Source: an uncultured Traorella sp. (GTDB lineage: Bacteria; Bacillota_I; Bacilli_A; Erysipelotrichales; Erysipelotrichaceae). From it: a stretch of 64,000 nucleotides of DNA. The stretch is from positions 6,250 to 70,249 of the forward strand of contig CALUVS010000002.1 of assembly GCA_944324265.1 (NCBI GenBank), read 5' to 3'. The translations under genes and the position numbers were made by a program. The notes under the pieces were generated by a model. It saw nothing but the letters and a program-made list of their open reading frames with translations, did not search any database and was not told the origin of the DNA. Shown piece after piece: positions 16,273 to 26,555 of this stretch; position 1 is the first letter of the stretch; each line of letters begins with the position of its first letter.

Positions 16273-18723
16273 ATGAAAAAGACATATATATTAGAAGGAT
16301 TGGATTGCGCTAACTGTGCCTTAAAAATAGAAAAAGCACTGAATAAAGAAGAGGCAGTCCATGAAGCAACAGTAAATTATGCGACATTGAAATGTGAAAT
16401 TGATTATAAAGAATACAGCGAAGAAAATGAAAAGAAAATAATTGAATTGATTCAGGATCTGGAAGATGAAGTAACTGTAATCAAAAAAGAAGAAAAGCAT
16501 TCCCATGAACATCATGATCATCACCACTGTGATTGTGAACATGAGCATCATCATGAGCATCATCATGAACATTCTCATGAGCATCATGATCACTGCGGCT
16601 GCGGGCATGAACATTCCCATGAACATGAAGCATGCGGCACCACTCATTCACAGCGTCCTCAGAAGGGGAAAAATAAATGGATCATTCAGGGATTGGATTG
16701 TGCCAACTGTGCGCTAAAGATTGAAGATGCTTTGAATGCCTTGCCGCAAGTGAAAAATGCTTCCTTGAATTTCACAACACAAGTATTGCTGTTTGATTTA
16801 GCTGAAGGAGTTGATGAAAATCAGGCAAAAGAACTGATGAAGAAAACAATTTTATCCATGGAAGATGTAACGATCCAGGAAGATAAAGCCGAAGTAAAAA
16901 ATGAAAAGAAAATCAATCAGCGAATTGTGCAGATAGTGCTGGGATTAATCTTTTTAGTGATTGCTTTGATCAGTGAAAATGTGATTCTTTATGGCATTGC
17001 TTATTTGCTGGTTGGAACTGCTGTTATTCTCAAAGCCTTTAAGAATATCAAAAGAGGAGAAATCTTTGATGAAAATTTCTTGATGATGATTGCAACGATT
17101 GCGGCCTTTATTATCGGCGAATATGCAGAAGCTGTAGCTGTTATGGTATTTTATCAATTGGGTGAATATTTCCAAGATCGTGCAGTTGCACGTTCCAGAC
17201 AGTCAATTGCGGAATTAATGAATATCCGCAGCGATGTGGCACATCTGATTACATCTGAAGGCGAAAAAAATGTTGATCCGGAAAGTGTTGCCATTGATTC
17301 CATTATTTTAGTTAAGCCAGGAGAAAGAGTTCCGCTGGATGGCGTTGTCATTGAAGGAAACAGTTCATTGGATACAAGTGCTCTGACAGGAGAAGCATTG
17401 CCAAGAGATATTGCCGAGAATGATGAGATCTTAGCGGGATGCATCAATTTAAATGGTTTAGTGAAAGTAAAAGTAACCAAAATTGCCAGTGAATCTACTG
17501 TATCCAGAATTTTAGAGATGGTGGAAAATGCTTCATCGAAAAAAGCTGTCACAGAACAGAAGATGACAAAATTTGCGCGTATCTATACACCGATTGTTGT
17601 TATATTGGCTGTATTGCTGGCCATTGTACCGAATTTCTTCCCGACTGGAATTGAATGGAGCGAATGGGTAAGACGTGCAGCGACCTTCTTGGTTATCTCT
17701 TGTCCATGTGCATTGGTCTTATCTATTCCATTGGGTTATTTTGCCGGAATTGGGGCTGCCAGCAAAAAAGGAATCTTGATCAAAGGCGGCAATTACTTAG
17801 AAATCTTAAATGAAATTGATACAGTTGTTTTTGATAAAACAGGTACGCTGACAAATGGTACATTCAATGTTGTAAACATCGAAGCTGAGGATAAGGAAAA
17901 ATGCTTGGAATTAGCTGCTGCAGCTGAAAGCTATTCAACTCATCCGATTGCTTTATCCATTCTGAAAGAATATAACAAGCCTATCCAAAAAGAAGAAATC
18001 AGTGAGATTGAAGAAATTGCGGGTAAAGGTATCAAAGCTGTATATAATAATGATGTCCTGCTTGTAGGTAATTGGAAACTGATGGAAATGTATCAAGTAC
18101 AGGGAAATCCGAAAAAAGGTGTCGGTACAATGGTATATGTTGCCCAGAATAACAAATATGTGGGTGTGATTGAAATTGCCGATACATTGAAGCCGACAAC
18201 GAAAACAGCTTTGGCTCAATTAAGAAAACAAGGAATTAAAAAATTGATCATGCTGAGCGGAGACATTGAAGAAACAGCGAACTATGTAGGAAAAGAATTG
18301 GGCTTAGATGAAGTGCATGCACAGTTATTGCCGACAGATAAGGTCAAAGAACTTGAAAAGATCTTAAAGGACGAAAAAAATGGAAAAGTCGCTTATGTCG
18401 GTGACGGAATCAATGATGCCCCTGTTCTTGCCAGAAGTGATTTAGGTATTGCAATGGGTGGTTTAGGGAGTGAAGCTGCAATTGAAGCGGCAGATGTCGT
18501 ATTGATGAAAGATGATCTGAGTGCATTGAATGATGGATTGAAGATTGCGAAGTTCACTCAGAAAATTATGAATCAAAATATTGTGTTTATCTTAGCAGTG
18601 AAAATCGGTATTTTATTGTTAAGTTTATTCGGTCATGCCAATATGTGGATGGGTGTATTTGCCGATGTCGGAGTAAGTGTCCTGGCAGTGCTGAATGCGA
18701 TGAGAATATTAAACACAAAATAG
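16273..18723 (+). CDS. Heavy-metal-translocating P1B-type ATPase (Cd/Zn/Co-type) with two HMA domains and a His-rich linker
   Basis: Two GLDCANCALKIE HMA motifs, CPC (ISCPCALV), DKTGTLT, GDGINDAP. Coupled to the arsR-like gene. Confidence 0.93.
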   Translation: MKKTYILEGLDCANCALKIEKALNKEEAVHEATVNYATLKCEIDYKEYSEENEKKIIELIQDLEDEVTVIKKEEKHSHEHHDHHHCDCEHEHHHEHHHEHSHEHHDHCGCGHEHSHEHEACGTTHSQRPQKGKNKWIIQGLDCANCALKIEDALNALPQVKNASLNFTTQVLLFDLAEGVDENQAKELMKKTILSMEDVTIQEDKAEVKNEKKINQRIVQIVLGLIFLVIALISENVILYGIAYLLVGTAVILKAFKNIKRGEIFDENFLMMIATIAAFIIGEYAEAVAVMVFYQLGEYFQDRAVARSRQSIAELMNIRSDVAHLITSEGEKNVDPESVAIDSIILVKPGERVPLDGVVIEGNSSLDTSALTGEALPRDIAENDEILAGCINLNGLVKVKVTKIASESTVSRILEMVENASSKKAVTEQKMTKFARIYTPIVVILAVLLAIVPNFFPTGIEWSEWVRRAATFLVISCPCALVLSIPLGYFAGIGAASKKGILIKGGNYLEILNEIDTVVFDKTGTLTNGTFNVVNIEAEDKEKCLELAAAAESYSTHPIALSILKEYNKPIQKEEISEIEEIAGKGIKAVYNNDVLLVGNWKLMEMYQVQGNPKKGVGTMVYVAQNNKYVGVIEIADTLKPTTKTALAQLRKQGIKKLIMLSGDIEETANYVGKELGLDEVHAQLLPTDKVKELEKILKDEKNGKVAYVGDGINDAPVLARSDLGIAMGGLGSEAAIEAADVVLMKDDLSALNDGLKIAKFTQKIMNQNIVFILAVKIGILLLSLFGHANMWMGVFADVGVSVLAVLNAMRILNTK
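16498..16638 (+). repeat. Low-complexity His/Glu/Cys-rich coding tract (HSHEHHDHHHCDCEHEHHHEHHHEHSHEHHDHCGCGHEHSHEHEACG)
   Basis: CAT/CAC/GAA/GAG codon reiteration. It generates the spurious overlapping ORFs 16321-16647(-) and 16505-16717(+). Confidence 0.85.
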
Positions 18724-18850
18724 TAATGATTATTAAATAAATATTTTTGTTTACAGTAAATGCATATAAATTGACTTTAAAAAAAATTCGTAATATACTT
18801 GATGTATAAAGGCTGTAATTGCCTAAAAATATGAAAGGAAAATTGGTAAC

Positions 18851-19393
18851 ATGGAATTAAAAGGATCAAAAACTGAACAAAACTTAATGACTGCTTTTGC
18901 TGGTGAATCTCAGGCAAGAAATAAGTATACTTATTATGCTCAAAAAGCTGAAGAACAAGGATTCCACCAAATCGCAGAATTATTTTTAGAAACTGCTCGC
19001 AATGAACAAGAACACGCAAAATTATGGTTCAAAGCATTGCACGGGGATACAATTCCTGAAACTGCAGAAAACTTAAAAGATGCAGCTGCTGGTGAAAACT
19101 ATGAATGGACAGATATGTATGCTACTTTCGCTAAAGAAGCTAGAGAAGAAGGATTCACTCGTTTAGCATTCTTATTTGATGCAGTAGGCAAAATCGAAAA
19201 AGGTCACGAAGAAAGATATTTAGCATTATTATCTAATGTTGAAGAAGGAAAAGTATTCAAGAAAGACGACAAGATTGTTTGGCAGTGTGCAATCTGCGGA
19301 TACCGTCACGAAGGCGAAGTTGCTCCAGGTGTTTGCCCAGTATGCGGATATCCACAAGCAATGTTTGCTCAAGTAAGCGACAACTATAAATAA
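18851..19393 (+). CDS. rbr: Rubrerythrin
   Basis: Ferritin-like diiron domain (ESQARNKY..., [16 protein letters not shown]) plus C-terminal rubredoxin CxxC...CPVC. Confidence 0.92.
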   Translation: MELKGSKTEQNLMTAFAGESQARNKYTYYAQKAEEQGFHQIAELFLETARNEQEHAKLWFKALHGDTIPETAENLKDAAAGENYEWTDMYATFAKEAREEGFTRLAFLFDAVGKIEKGHEERYLALLSNVEEGKVFKKDDKIVWQCAICGYRHEGEVAPGVCPVCGYPQAMFAQVSDNYK

Positions 19394-19406
19394 GAAATAA
19401 TGAAAT

Positions 19407-19436
19407 AGCTCATGGGATCCGCCATGGGCTTTTTTC
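19407..19436 (+). terminator. Rho-independent terminator
   Basis: AGCTCATGG-GATCCG-CCATGGGCT followed by T5. Confidence 0.75.
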
Positions 19437-19635
19437 TTTACTGAAGGTTGAATCTGTTATAATAAATTCTTATAGTTCAGTATTCCATAAAAGAAAAAAT
19501 ACATGTAAAAAGAGAGTTCATATAATCATAAAAAAGAATAATGAAAAGATTTTCATAATCCATTGAATTTTGAGATGGAATATGATATTTTATATGAAAT
19601 ATACAAGGACATGAACAAGAAAGAGAGGTATTTAT

Positions 19636-21135
19636 ATGGCAAAAGTATTACCTGAACCATCCAGAACATTTGGTGAGTATTTATTGATTCCTAACTTAAC
19701 TACAAGAGACTGCATTGTCGCAAATGTAGATCTGAAAACACCTTTAGTTCGTTTCAAAAAAGGTGAAGAACCAGCATTAAGTCTGAACATTCCAATGGTC
19801 TCTGCAATCATGCAGTCTGTCACAGATGATAAGATGGCTATTGCATTGGCAAAGAATGGCGGATGCGGATTTATCTATGGATCACAGTCGATTGAAGATC
19901 AGGCTGAAATGGTGCGCCGAGTAAAAAAATATAAAGCAGGGTTTGTAGTCAGTGATTCTAACTTAACGCCTGAAAATACATTGAAGGATGTATTGGCTTT
20001 ATTGGCAAAAACAGGACATTCTACAATGGCTGTTACGGAAGATGGGACAAGCCATGGAAAATTATTAGGTATTGTTACTTCTCGTGATTATCGTATTTCC
20101 AGAGATAGTGAAGATAAAAAAGTAAAAGATTTCATGACGAAATTTGATGATTTAGTTGTCGGTCACAAAGATATGACTTTAAAAGAAGCCAATGATTTAA
20201 TTTGGGAAAAGAAATTAAATTCATTGCCTATCATTGATGATGAGCAAAAATTAGTCAATATGGTATTCCGTAAAGACTATGCCAGCGATAAAGAATATGC
20301 ATCAGCTTTATTGGATGAAGAAAAAAGATATGTAGTAGGTGCCGGTATTAACTCCAGAGACTACGCACAGCGCGTTCCAGCTTTAGTTGAAGCGGGAGTA
20401 GATGTGGTATGTATTGACTCCAGTGAAGGCTTCTCAGAATGGCAATATGACACGATCAAATGGATTCGTGACAACTATGGGGATTCAGTACGTGTAGGTG
20501 CCGGAAATGTTGTCGATCGTGAAGGATTCAGATATTTGGCAGAAGCAGGTGCTGACTTTATTAAGATTGGTATCGGCGGAGGCTCCATCTGTATTACACG
20601 TGAAGCCAAAGGAATCGGACGCGGTCAGGCAAGTGCTGTTATGGAAGTTGCTCAGGCTCGTGATGAATACTTTGAAGAAACAGGTATTTATGTACCTATC
20701 TGTTCTGATGGCGGTATTGTTCATGATTATCACATTACATTGGCTTTAGCTATGGGGGCTGACTTTGTTATGCTTGGAAGATACTTTGCAAGATTCGATG
20801 AATCTCCATCTGCAAAAGTAAAAACAAGCAAAGGCTACATGAAAGAATATTGGGGTGAAGGAAGCAACCGTGCAAGAAACTGGGCAAGATATGATCTTGG
20901 CGGCAAAAAAGAATTATCCTTTGAAGAAGGCGTAGACAGCTATGTACCATATGCCGGAAGATTGGATGACGGTGTAGCTATTACCTTGCACAAGATCAAA
21001 TCTACGATGTGCAACTGCGGTTCTAAAAACTTAAAGCACTTCTATGAAAATGCACGATTAACATTAGTATCTGCAGTATCTATCAAAGAAGGATCTGCAC
21101 ATGATGTTGTGCTGAAAGATGAATTTAATCAATAA
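19636..21135 (+). CDS. guaB: IMP dehydrogenase
   Basis: TIM barrel with CBS pair, catalytic loop [12 protein letters not shown]. Length 499 aa. GAGAGG RBS. Confidence 0.93.
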   Translation: MAKVLPEPSRTFGEYLLIPNLTTRDCIVANVDLKTPLVRFKKGEEPALSLNIPMVSAIMQSVTDDKMAIALAKNGGCGFIYGSQSIEDQAEMVRRVKKYKAGFVVSDSNLTPENTLKDVLALLAKTGHSTMAVTEDGTSHGKLLGIVTSRDYRISRDSEDKKVKDFMTKFDDLVVGHKDMTLKEANDLIWEKKLNSLPIIDDEQKLVNMVFRKDYASDKEYASALLDEEKRYVVGAGINSRDYAQRVPALVEAGVDVVCIDSSEGFSEWQYDTIKWIRDNYGDSVRVGAGNVVDREGFRYLAEAGADFIKIGIGGGSICITREAKGIGRGQASAVMEVAQARDEYFEETGIYVPICSDGGIVHDYHITLALAMGADFVMLGRYFARFDESPSAKVKTSKGYMKEYWGEGSNRARNWARYDLGGKKELSFEEGVDSYVPYAGRLDDGVAITLHKIKSTMCNCGSKNLKHFYENARLTLVSAVSIKEGSAHDVVLKDEFNQ

Positions 21136-21154
21136 TTAAAAAAGATGATAAAAC

Positions 21155-21191
21155 AAGGCATATACAAAGAGTTCTTCGTATATGCCTTTTT
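21155..21191. terminator. Bidirectional rho-independent terminator
   Basis: AAGGCATATAC / GTATATGCCTT, an 11-bp stem followed by a T-run. Confidence 0.8.
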
Positions 21192-21204
21192 GTATGATGA
21201 AAAA

Positions 21205-22026
21205 TTATAAATCATTCATTTGTATATCAAAATTATCGGTATATATGCCTGAATAACCTTTGATGATAAAGTGAAGGCCGTCATTCAAGTAAATTGTATT
21301 ATCATTGGTGATTTCATAATAAATACAATCGGTGTATTCCGGATTATATTCAGATATTTGTCCATATTCAGGCAAATAACCATCTTCAATCTTTTTATAG
21401 TTATCAGTAAGAATTACACTTAATTCTTTCTCCGTTTCATCAATAGATAAACCAAGCATTTCAAATAACTCTTCATTTGTAACAGATTTATTATCTGTTA
21501 AAGAATAATTGTAAGCTGTAACTTCAATATCTCCATAGCTGGAATTCCAGACCATACCTCCTTGATAAAGGACAATGGATAAAATATCATTTTCTAAAAA
21601 AGCTTGACTGTCAATTAAAAAACAACCTAAAAGAGTTTTACTGCCAAATTCATCGACTTCATCACTATAAGAAAGTGATTGGATTCCTTCATCTTACAGC
21701 TGATCCATTTTTTCATAAAATGTATCTATTTCATCATTCTAGATTATATTTATCTTAGAAACTTGAATTTTTATCGCCAATTCTTTCGGGTCATCCAAAG
21801 CATAAGCTTGTGAAGGAGAGTATTCAATATCATGGATCTTGTAACTGATTAGCTGTGAAAGTTCATCAGCATTATTTTTCTGTTCATTATCCTCATTTGG
21901 TTCTACAGGCTGTTGAGGTTTATCCACTGCTGGCAACTCTTCTTGTTCTTCAGGCTGCTCTTGAACTTGCTGAGCACATCCTGTGATTAAACCTAGAGAT
22001 AACAAACAACTGATAGCTTTTTTCAT
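21205..22026 (-). pseudogene. Lipoprotein gene interrupted by two in-frame stops (TAG 21739-21741, TAA 21694-21696)
   Basis: ORFs 21739-22026 (lipobox LITGC) and 21205-21555 are in the same frame. The 183-nt gap between them reads NDEIDTFYEKMDQL*DEGIQSLSYSDEVDEFGSKTLLGCFLIDSQAFLENDILSIVLYQGG, with only one further stop. Confidence 0.7.
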
Positions 22027-22060
22027 GCATTTGATATAAGAGATGATGTTTAAAGCGATG

Positions 22061-22777
22061 TTATGCTGCTTTCATCTTTCTTAACAGCATTGCACATAAA
22101 CTGCTCATGAGCAGCACACAAAGCAATAAATAGAAGATGCTTTGATATTCAATGAATGGATGAGTGAGAAGCTGATAAGCCCAATAGGCAGGAAATAATT
22201 TGCCTAAGGCTTGCAGCGGAGCATAGAGCAGCTCAGAAGGAAACATGATGCCGGATAATAGAATGGAAGGCAAGAAAACAAGCTGAGAAAACATTGTCAG
22301 TTTGGCTTGATTGTTGACAAAAAGGCCTAATGCACAGGCAACCGTCAATGAAGCAAGAATAAATAATGCTAATTGACCATAATAGATGCCTATATTTGAA
22401 GGTAATGCGGCTTCGAAGATCGAAGGTGCTGTAAATAAAATGATACTGGAAGAGATCATCAGATGAATCAATGAAGAGAAACCTAATGAGAGAATGCCAA
22501 AGGATAAAGGAACATGATTGGCCATATACATTTTTTTAATATCCGTACCGTAAATTTCAGCAATTGTCGGCGGTACACCAATCAAAGCTCCCATTGAAAC
22601 ACCCATGATTGTCATAGATTGAATCAAAGTACTCTGAATATCCGGAATCAATGAAGTAAAGATGCTGCCCATTACAGCATAAAAAATCAACGGCACTAAG
22701 TAACAAGTCACAAGCATGGTCTTGCTGCGGATATCCAAACGAAACTGTAAGAAGATGCCATAAAGAAATGCTTTCAT
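22061..22777 (-). CDS. ABC-2-type transporter permease
   Basis: Six predicted TM segments. ATGA-coupled to the upstream ATPase gene. Confidence 0.8.
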   Translation of the reverse strand: MKAFLYGIFLQFRLDIRSKTMLVTCYLVPLIFYAVMGSIFTSLIPDIQSTLIQSMTIMGVSMGALIGVPPTIAEIYGTDIKKMYMANHVPLSFGILSLGFSSLIHLMISSSIILFTAPSIFEAALPSNIGIYYGQLALFILASLTVACALGLFVNNQAKLTMFSQLVFLPSILLSGIMFPSELLYAPLQALGKLFPAYWAYQLLTHPFIEYQSIFYLLLCVLLMSSLCAMLLRKMKAA

Positions 22778-23586
22778 TGTGATTCTCCTTTCGTAATCTT
22801 CAAAAAGTGTTCTTCTAATGTTCCTCGGTTGATTTTCAGATCAACAAGCTCTAGTTTCTTATGAAGGCAATCTTCAAAGATCTGAATCAGATCCTGTAAA
22901 TTTTCTGCCTGATAATTCAATTCACCGGTCTGAGTGGTCAGCTGTACATGAAAGCATCTTCCTACATGTGTGCTGAGTTCTTCTACACTGCCTAAGAAAG
23001 CAATTTTCCCATGGTTTAATATCGCAATACGATCACAGAGTTCTTCCACTTCACTCATATCATGACTTGTTAAGATAATAGTTTTGCCGGCTTGTTTTAA
23101 TTTTCTGATTTGCTGATGAAGGATTCTTCTTCCTTCCACATCAAGTCCGGCTGTCGGTTCATCCAAAAATAAGATATCCGGATTTCCGATCATGGCCAAA
23201 GCCAAATGCAGACGCCTTTTTTGTCCGAAAGATAATTCCATATATTTTTTGTTTTTCAATTCTTGAAGTCCTAAGTCATGGATTAAGTTCAAAGGAACTG
23301 AAGCCTTTTTCCAATTCGCAAAAAGCTTTAGCGCTTCATTGACTTTCATATAAGAGGGAAGACTGGCAGATTGCAGCTGTATCCCAATGCTTCCATGCAT
23401 CTGAATACTTCCGCTTTCATAGTTTAAAAAGCCTTCCATGCATTCCAAGGTCGTTGTTTTGCCGGCGCCATTGACACCTAATATTCCCAGAATTTCATTT
23501 TCAGCTGCCTGAAAAGTGATACCTTTCAATACTTCTGTCTTTCCATAACTCTTTTTCAGATCACTGACCTGGATCATTTCATTCAT
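22774..23586 (-). CDS. ABC transporter ATP-binding protein
   Basis: Walker A GVNGAGKTT, signature LSFGQKRR, Walker B LFLDEPTAGLD. AGGGAG RBS before ATG 23586. Confidence 0.9.
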   Translation of the reverse strand: MNEMIQVSDLKKSYGKTEVLKGITFQAAENEILGILGVNGAGKTTTLECMEGFLNYESGSIQMHGSIGIQLQSASLPSYMKVNEALKLFANWKKASVPLNLIHDLGLQELKNKKYMELSFGQKRRLHLALAMIGNPDILFLDEPTAGLDVEGRRILHQQIRKLKQAGKTIILTSHDMSEVEELCDRIAILNHGKIAFLGSVEELSTHVGRCFHVQLTTQTGELNYQAENLQDLIQIFEDCLHKKLELVDLKINRGTLEEHFLKITKGESQ

Positions 23587-24367
23587 TGTTTTCACGCTCC
23601 CTGTTGGCAAAATAAACTTCCATTGCTTTTTCTAAATAAGCATTGATCTTTGCTTGATTTGACATCCATTCATTGCTTTGATCTGCCTGTGAGGCAAACG
23701 CAATGAGCTGCGGCAGCAAAGAATCATCCCCATCCGTAAATTCATTGACAAGATGCCAGAAATCACCGGTCAATTTCTGTACACGTTCCTCTCTTACATC
23801 TACCTGCTTTTCCTGCAATTCCAACATCTTTTGATTCAATTCATTGAATCTATTCATAAAATCAATTCCGCTTTCTTGATCAAATCGTGTTCGGATATGA
23901 TCCATTAACTGATCATCAAAATGCTTGATCAGCCAATAATATTCATTGTTCATCTGCAGATTGACAATAATATCCGCATACTTTTTAAAATTCACCTGCT
24001 GCATCTGCAATACTTCCTTTTTCAAAGCCTCAATAGCTTGATAAGAAGCAGATAATTGTTTGATCTTTTCCTGAATGACATGACTTTGGTGAGTCAATGC
24101 AGCCGCAAATTCATCCGGTGTATTGAGTGAAATCAAATGATTTTTAATTTCATTCAAAGAAAAGCCTAATGATTTCAATGATAAAATTTGATGCAGCTGA
24201 ATCATATCCTTATAAGTGTAATAACGTTTCTTTGCTGGAGTAACTATGCTGGGAATCAGCAAGCCGATCTTATCGTAATATTGCAGTGTACGGACCGTTA
24301 CATTCATTTTCTTGGCCAATTCACCGATGCTCATCATTTCCTGTGTTGTTTTTGATTCTTTTTCCAT
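23579..24367 (-). CDS. MerR-family transcriptional regulator with an extended C-terminal domain
   Basis: MSIGELAKKMNVTVRTLQYYDKIGLL HTH. First gene of the MerR-ABC operon. The ATG at 24367 follows AAAGGAG. Confidence 0.88.
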   Translation of the reverse strand: MEKESKTTQEMMSIGELAKKMNVTVRTLQYYDKIGLLIPSIVTPAKKRYYTYKDMIQLHQILSLKSLGFSLNEIKNHLISLNTPDEFAAALTHQSHVIQEKIKQLSASYQAIEALKKEVLQMQQVNFKKYADIIVNLQMNNEYYWLIKHFDDQLMDHIRTRFDQESGIDFMNRFNELNQKMLELQEKQVDVREERVQKLTGDFWHLVNEFTDGDDSLLPQLIAFASQADQSNEWMSNQAKINAYLEKAMEVYFANRERENNE

Positions 24368-24386
24368 ATGATCTCCTTTTGTGTTC

Positions 24387-24417
24387 ATTATAGTTTATGA
24401 CGTTACGTCATAAGCAA
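24387..24417 (-). promoter_or_regulatory. MerR-type promoter (TTGCTT-19 bp-TATAAT) with a 9-1-9 palindrome in the spacer
   Basis: On the minus strand, -35 is at 24412-24417 and -10 at 24387-24392. Palindrome TTATGACGT-T-ACGTCATAA at 24395-24413. Confidence 0.7.
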
Positions 24418-24486
24418 GACTTTTATAAAAATATTTGAAGTCAATTCATTTATTCGCTACAATAGTAGAGCATAAAGGAGAAATTT

Positions 24487-25473
24487 ATGGAAATCAAACA
24501 GATGATCACGCATTCACTGGATACCTTTAACAATATGTTTATTGCCAGTGAAGCCCTTATAGAATTGAATGAAGATGTGAATCCATTTGTGGAAAGCAAG
24601 CTGCGTAAGATCCTGCATTCACAGAATCGCAAGGAAGCATATTTTCAAAGATCAAAAGTAGAAGAACTGATCTTAAAATATCGTGTGCAGGAAATGGATT
24701 TTGTCACATGTTCCAGTGAAATAGCACAATATATTTTTGAAGAAAAAAGAAAATACAATGTATTTACACAATCCTTATTTATGTTTTGTGAAGTGCTGGA
24801 TGAAGATATTCGTTATTTGATCGGCATGGATAATTGTTCTGTACAAGGCTTAACTTATGCGGCAGATACAGAAGGAGAATATCTGATCAATCAGATTGCA
24901 TTGAAAAAGAATTTATTCTCACCGAACATTTTAAAAAATGATCGTATTTTTATTTTTGATACAACCAACTCAGAATTAATGCTGATTGAACAGCCCTATA
25001 CTACAGAAACACAATCTATTAATCTTTTGGAACATATTTTAGGCTGCAAAGCAAATCCTTCTTACAAAGAAAGTGTTGAAGTGATGAATGATTGTGCAGA
25101 AATGATTGCCAATAAATATGATGTGGATGAATTGGAAGTCATGCCGAAATTAAAAAATGTACTGCAGGACTGTATCAAAGAAAAAGCAGTAGTATTGGAA
25201 GAAGTAGCCAATGCTGTATTTACGGCAAATCCGTTAGCACAGCAGGATTTCAAAGAAGAAGTGAAAAAGGCCGGAATCAAAGAAAATTTTTCTGCGGAAA
25301 ATGTGCGCATTTCCAAAAAACAGAAAACAGAAAAGATTCGTACAGATCATGGCATTGAAATATCGATTCCAGTGGAATTTATGGAAGGACATGAGTATTT
25401 TGAAATTATTCATGAACCTAGCGGTTCTATTTCGATTCAATTACGAAATATCAATGCATTGGAAAGAAAATAA
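24487..25473 (+). CDS. Putative nucleoid-associated protein (NA37/YejK-like)
   Basis: The N-terminal MEIKQMITHSLD... pattern, size (328 aa) and C-terminal KIRTDHGIEISIPVEF...ISIQLRN resemble the NA37 family. Assignment is from memory only. Confidence 0.55.
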   Translation: MEIKQMITHSLDTFNNMFIASEALIELNEDVNPFVESKLRKILHSQNRKEAYFQRSKVEELILKYRVQEMDFVTCSSEIAQYIFEEKRKYNVFTQSLFMFCEVLDEDIRYLIGMDNCSVQGLTYAADTEGEYLINQIALKKNLFSPNILKNDRIFIFDTTNSELMLIEQPYTTETQSINLLEHILGCKANPSYKESVEVMNDCAEMIANKYDVDELEVMPKLKNVLQDCIKEKAVVLEEVANAVFTANPLAQQDFKEEVKKAGIKENFSAENVRISKKQKTEKIRTDHGIEISIPVEFMEGHEYFEIIHEPSGSISIQLRNINALERK

Positions 25474-25475
25474 TG

Positions 25476-25497
25476 GGTGCTGAGTCAGCACCTTTTT
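25476..25497 (+). terminator. Rho-independent terminator
   Basis: GGTGCT-GAGTC-AGCACC followed by T5. Confidence 0.75.
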
Positions 25498-25501
25498 GTA
25501 T

Positions 25502-25530
25502 AAAAAAACGTAAATTCACATGAATTTACG
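25502..25530 (-). terminator. Rho-independent terminator of the pfkB-family gene
   Basis: CGTAAATT...AATTTACG stem with U7 on the minus strand. Confidence 0.6.
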
Positions 25531-25539
25531 CTGTGTTGA

Positions 25540-26433
25540 TTATAATAGAGCTTCTCGGAATTCCTCTTCTGTTAATTGTGTGCCGTTTGTCTGCACAATT
25601 TTAGAACAGATTTTATTAGCCATCTGTATAGCTTCTTCAAAGCTTTTGCCCATGGCAATATTGGCCATGACAGCACCGATGTGCGAATCTCCGGCTCCTA
25701 CTGTATCTACCTGTTTGACCGGCTGAGTCGGAATGATTGTAATGCTTCCGTCATAGTATAAGCATCCTTTTTTTCCTAAGGTAATGATGACAGGCCTTTG
25801 GGTCAATGCATTGAGCTTGATGGCTGCTTCTTCAGGAGAATCACTTTGTGTGTAAGCCAAAGCCTCTTCACTGTTGAGATGTAGAAGGGGATGAAGATCA
25901 AAGCATTGCTGGAGCAAGGATTGAGGCAGATGCATGATGCGTGAGCCTGGGGCAAAGAAGAAATATTCAAATTGAGATTTTCTGATAAAGTCTACAAGCA
26001 ATGGTCCGCTGACTTCTTCCAATTCTAATCCGCAGAGATAGACCATGTCATATTCACTGGCATCAAATTCATCCAGCCATTCTTTTTCAAATATATATTC
26101 TGCACCGCGATTGACGACAAAGGTTCTTTCACCGTCCGCTTCAATAAAGCAGTAGCAGCAGCCATTATTGCCTTGAGGATGAAGCGGATAGACATGAGCC
26201 TTTCTTTTGGCTAAATTCTCTTTGACAAAGTCCCCATAAATGCCATTGCCGACAGGTGAGAAAAGAGTATAGGGCACATGAAAATGATGAATGATATTGG
26301 AAACATTATAAGCACAGCCCCCTAACGATAATTTTTCTGAGAGTGTATGAATATCCTCATTTGTTTTTGGTAATTGTTCGACATGAATCAATATATCTAA
26401 AACTGTTGAACCAATGACCATGATTTTCTTCAT
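25540..26433 (-). CDS. PfkB-family carbohydrate kinase (ribokinase-like)
   Basis: C-terminal DTVGAGDSHIGA motif and N-terminal GxxxxD pattern. GGGGG RBS. Confidence 0.88.
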   Translation of the reverse strand: MKKIMVIGSTVLDILIHVEQLPKTNEDIHTLSEKLSLGGCAYNVSNIIHHFHVPYTLFSPVGNGIYGDFVKENLAKRKAHVYPLHPQGNNGCCYCFIEADGERTFVVNRGAEYIFEKEWLDEFDASEYDMVYLCGLELEEVSGPLLVDFIRKSQFEYFFFAPGSRIMHLPQSLLQQCFDLHPLLHLNSEEALAYTQSDSPEEAAIKLNALTQRPVIITLGKKGCLYYDGSITIIPTQPVKQVDTVGAGDSHIGAVMANIAMGKSFEEAIQMANKICSKIVQTNGTQLTEEEFREALL

Positions 26434-26555
26434 TTGATAGCCCCCTTGTATAATAAAGATACGGATATATTATACACAAAAAAGCTAGAAATTAAAGGGA
26501 TTTGTAAATAGAAGAAAAGAATAATGATATAATAAGTAAAAATGAGGAAAAAAAT

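Noticed and set aside
16321-16717. ORF-track entries 16321-16647(-) and 16505-16717(+), Met/His/Ile-rich proteins.
   Set aside because: They are artefacts of the reiterated CAT/GAA His-rich tract inside the P-type ATPase gene. They have no RBS and lie fully inside a strongly supported CDS.
19437-19635. Purine riboswitch upstream of guaB, and lysine riboswitch upstream of the dap cluster (31521-31582).
   Set aside because: The guaB leader lacks the conserved purine-aptamer junction sequences. The dap leader is only 62 nt, too short for a ~180-nt L-box.
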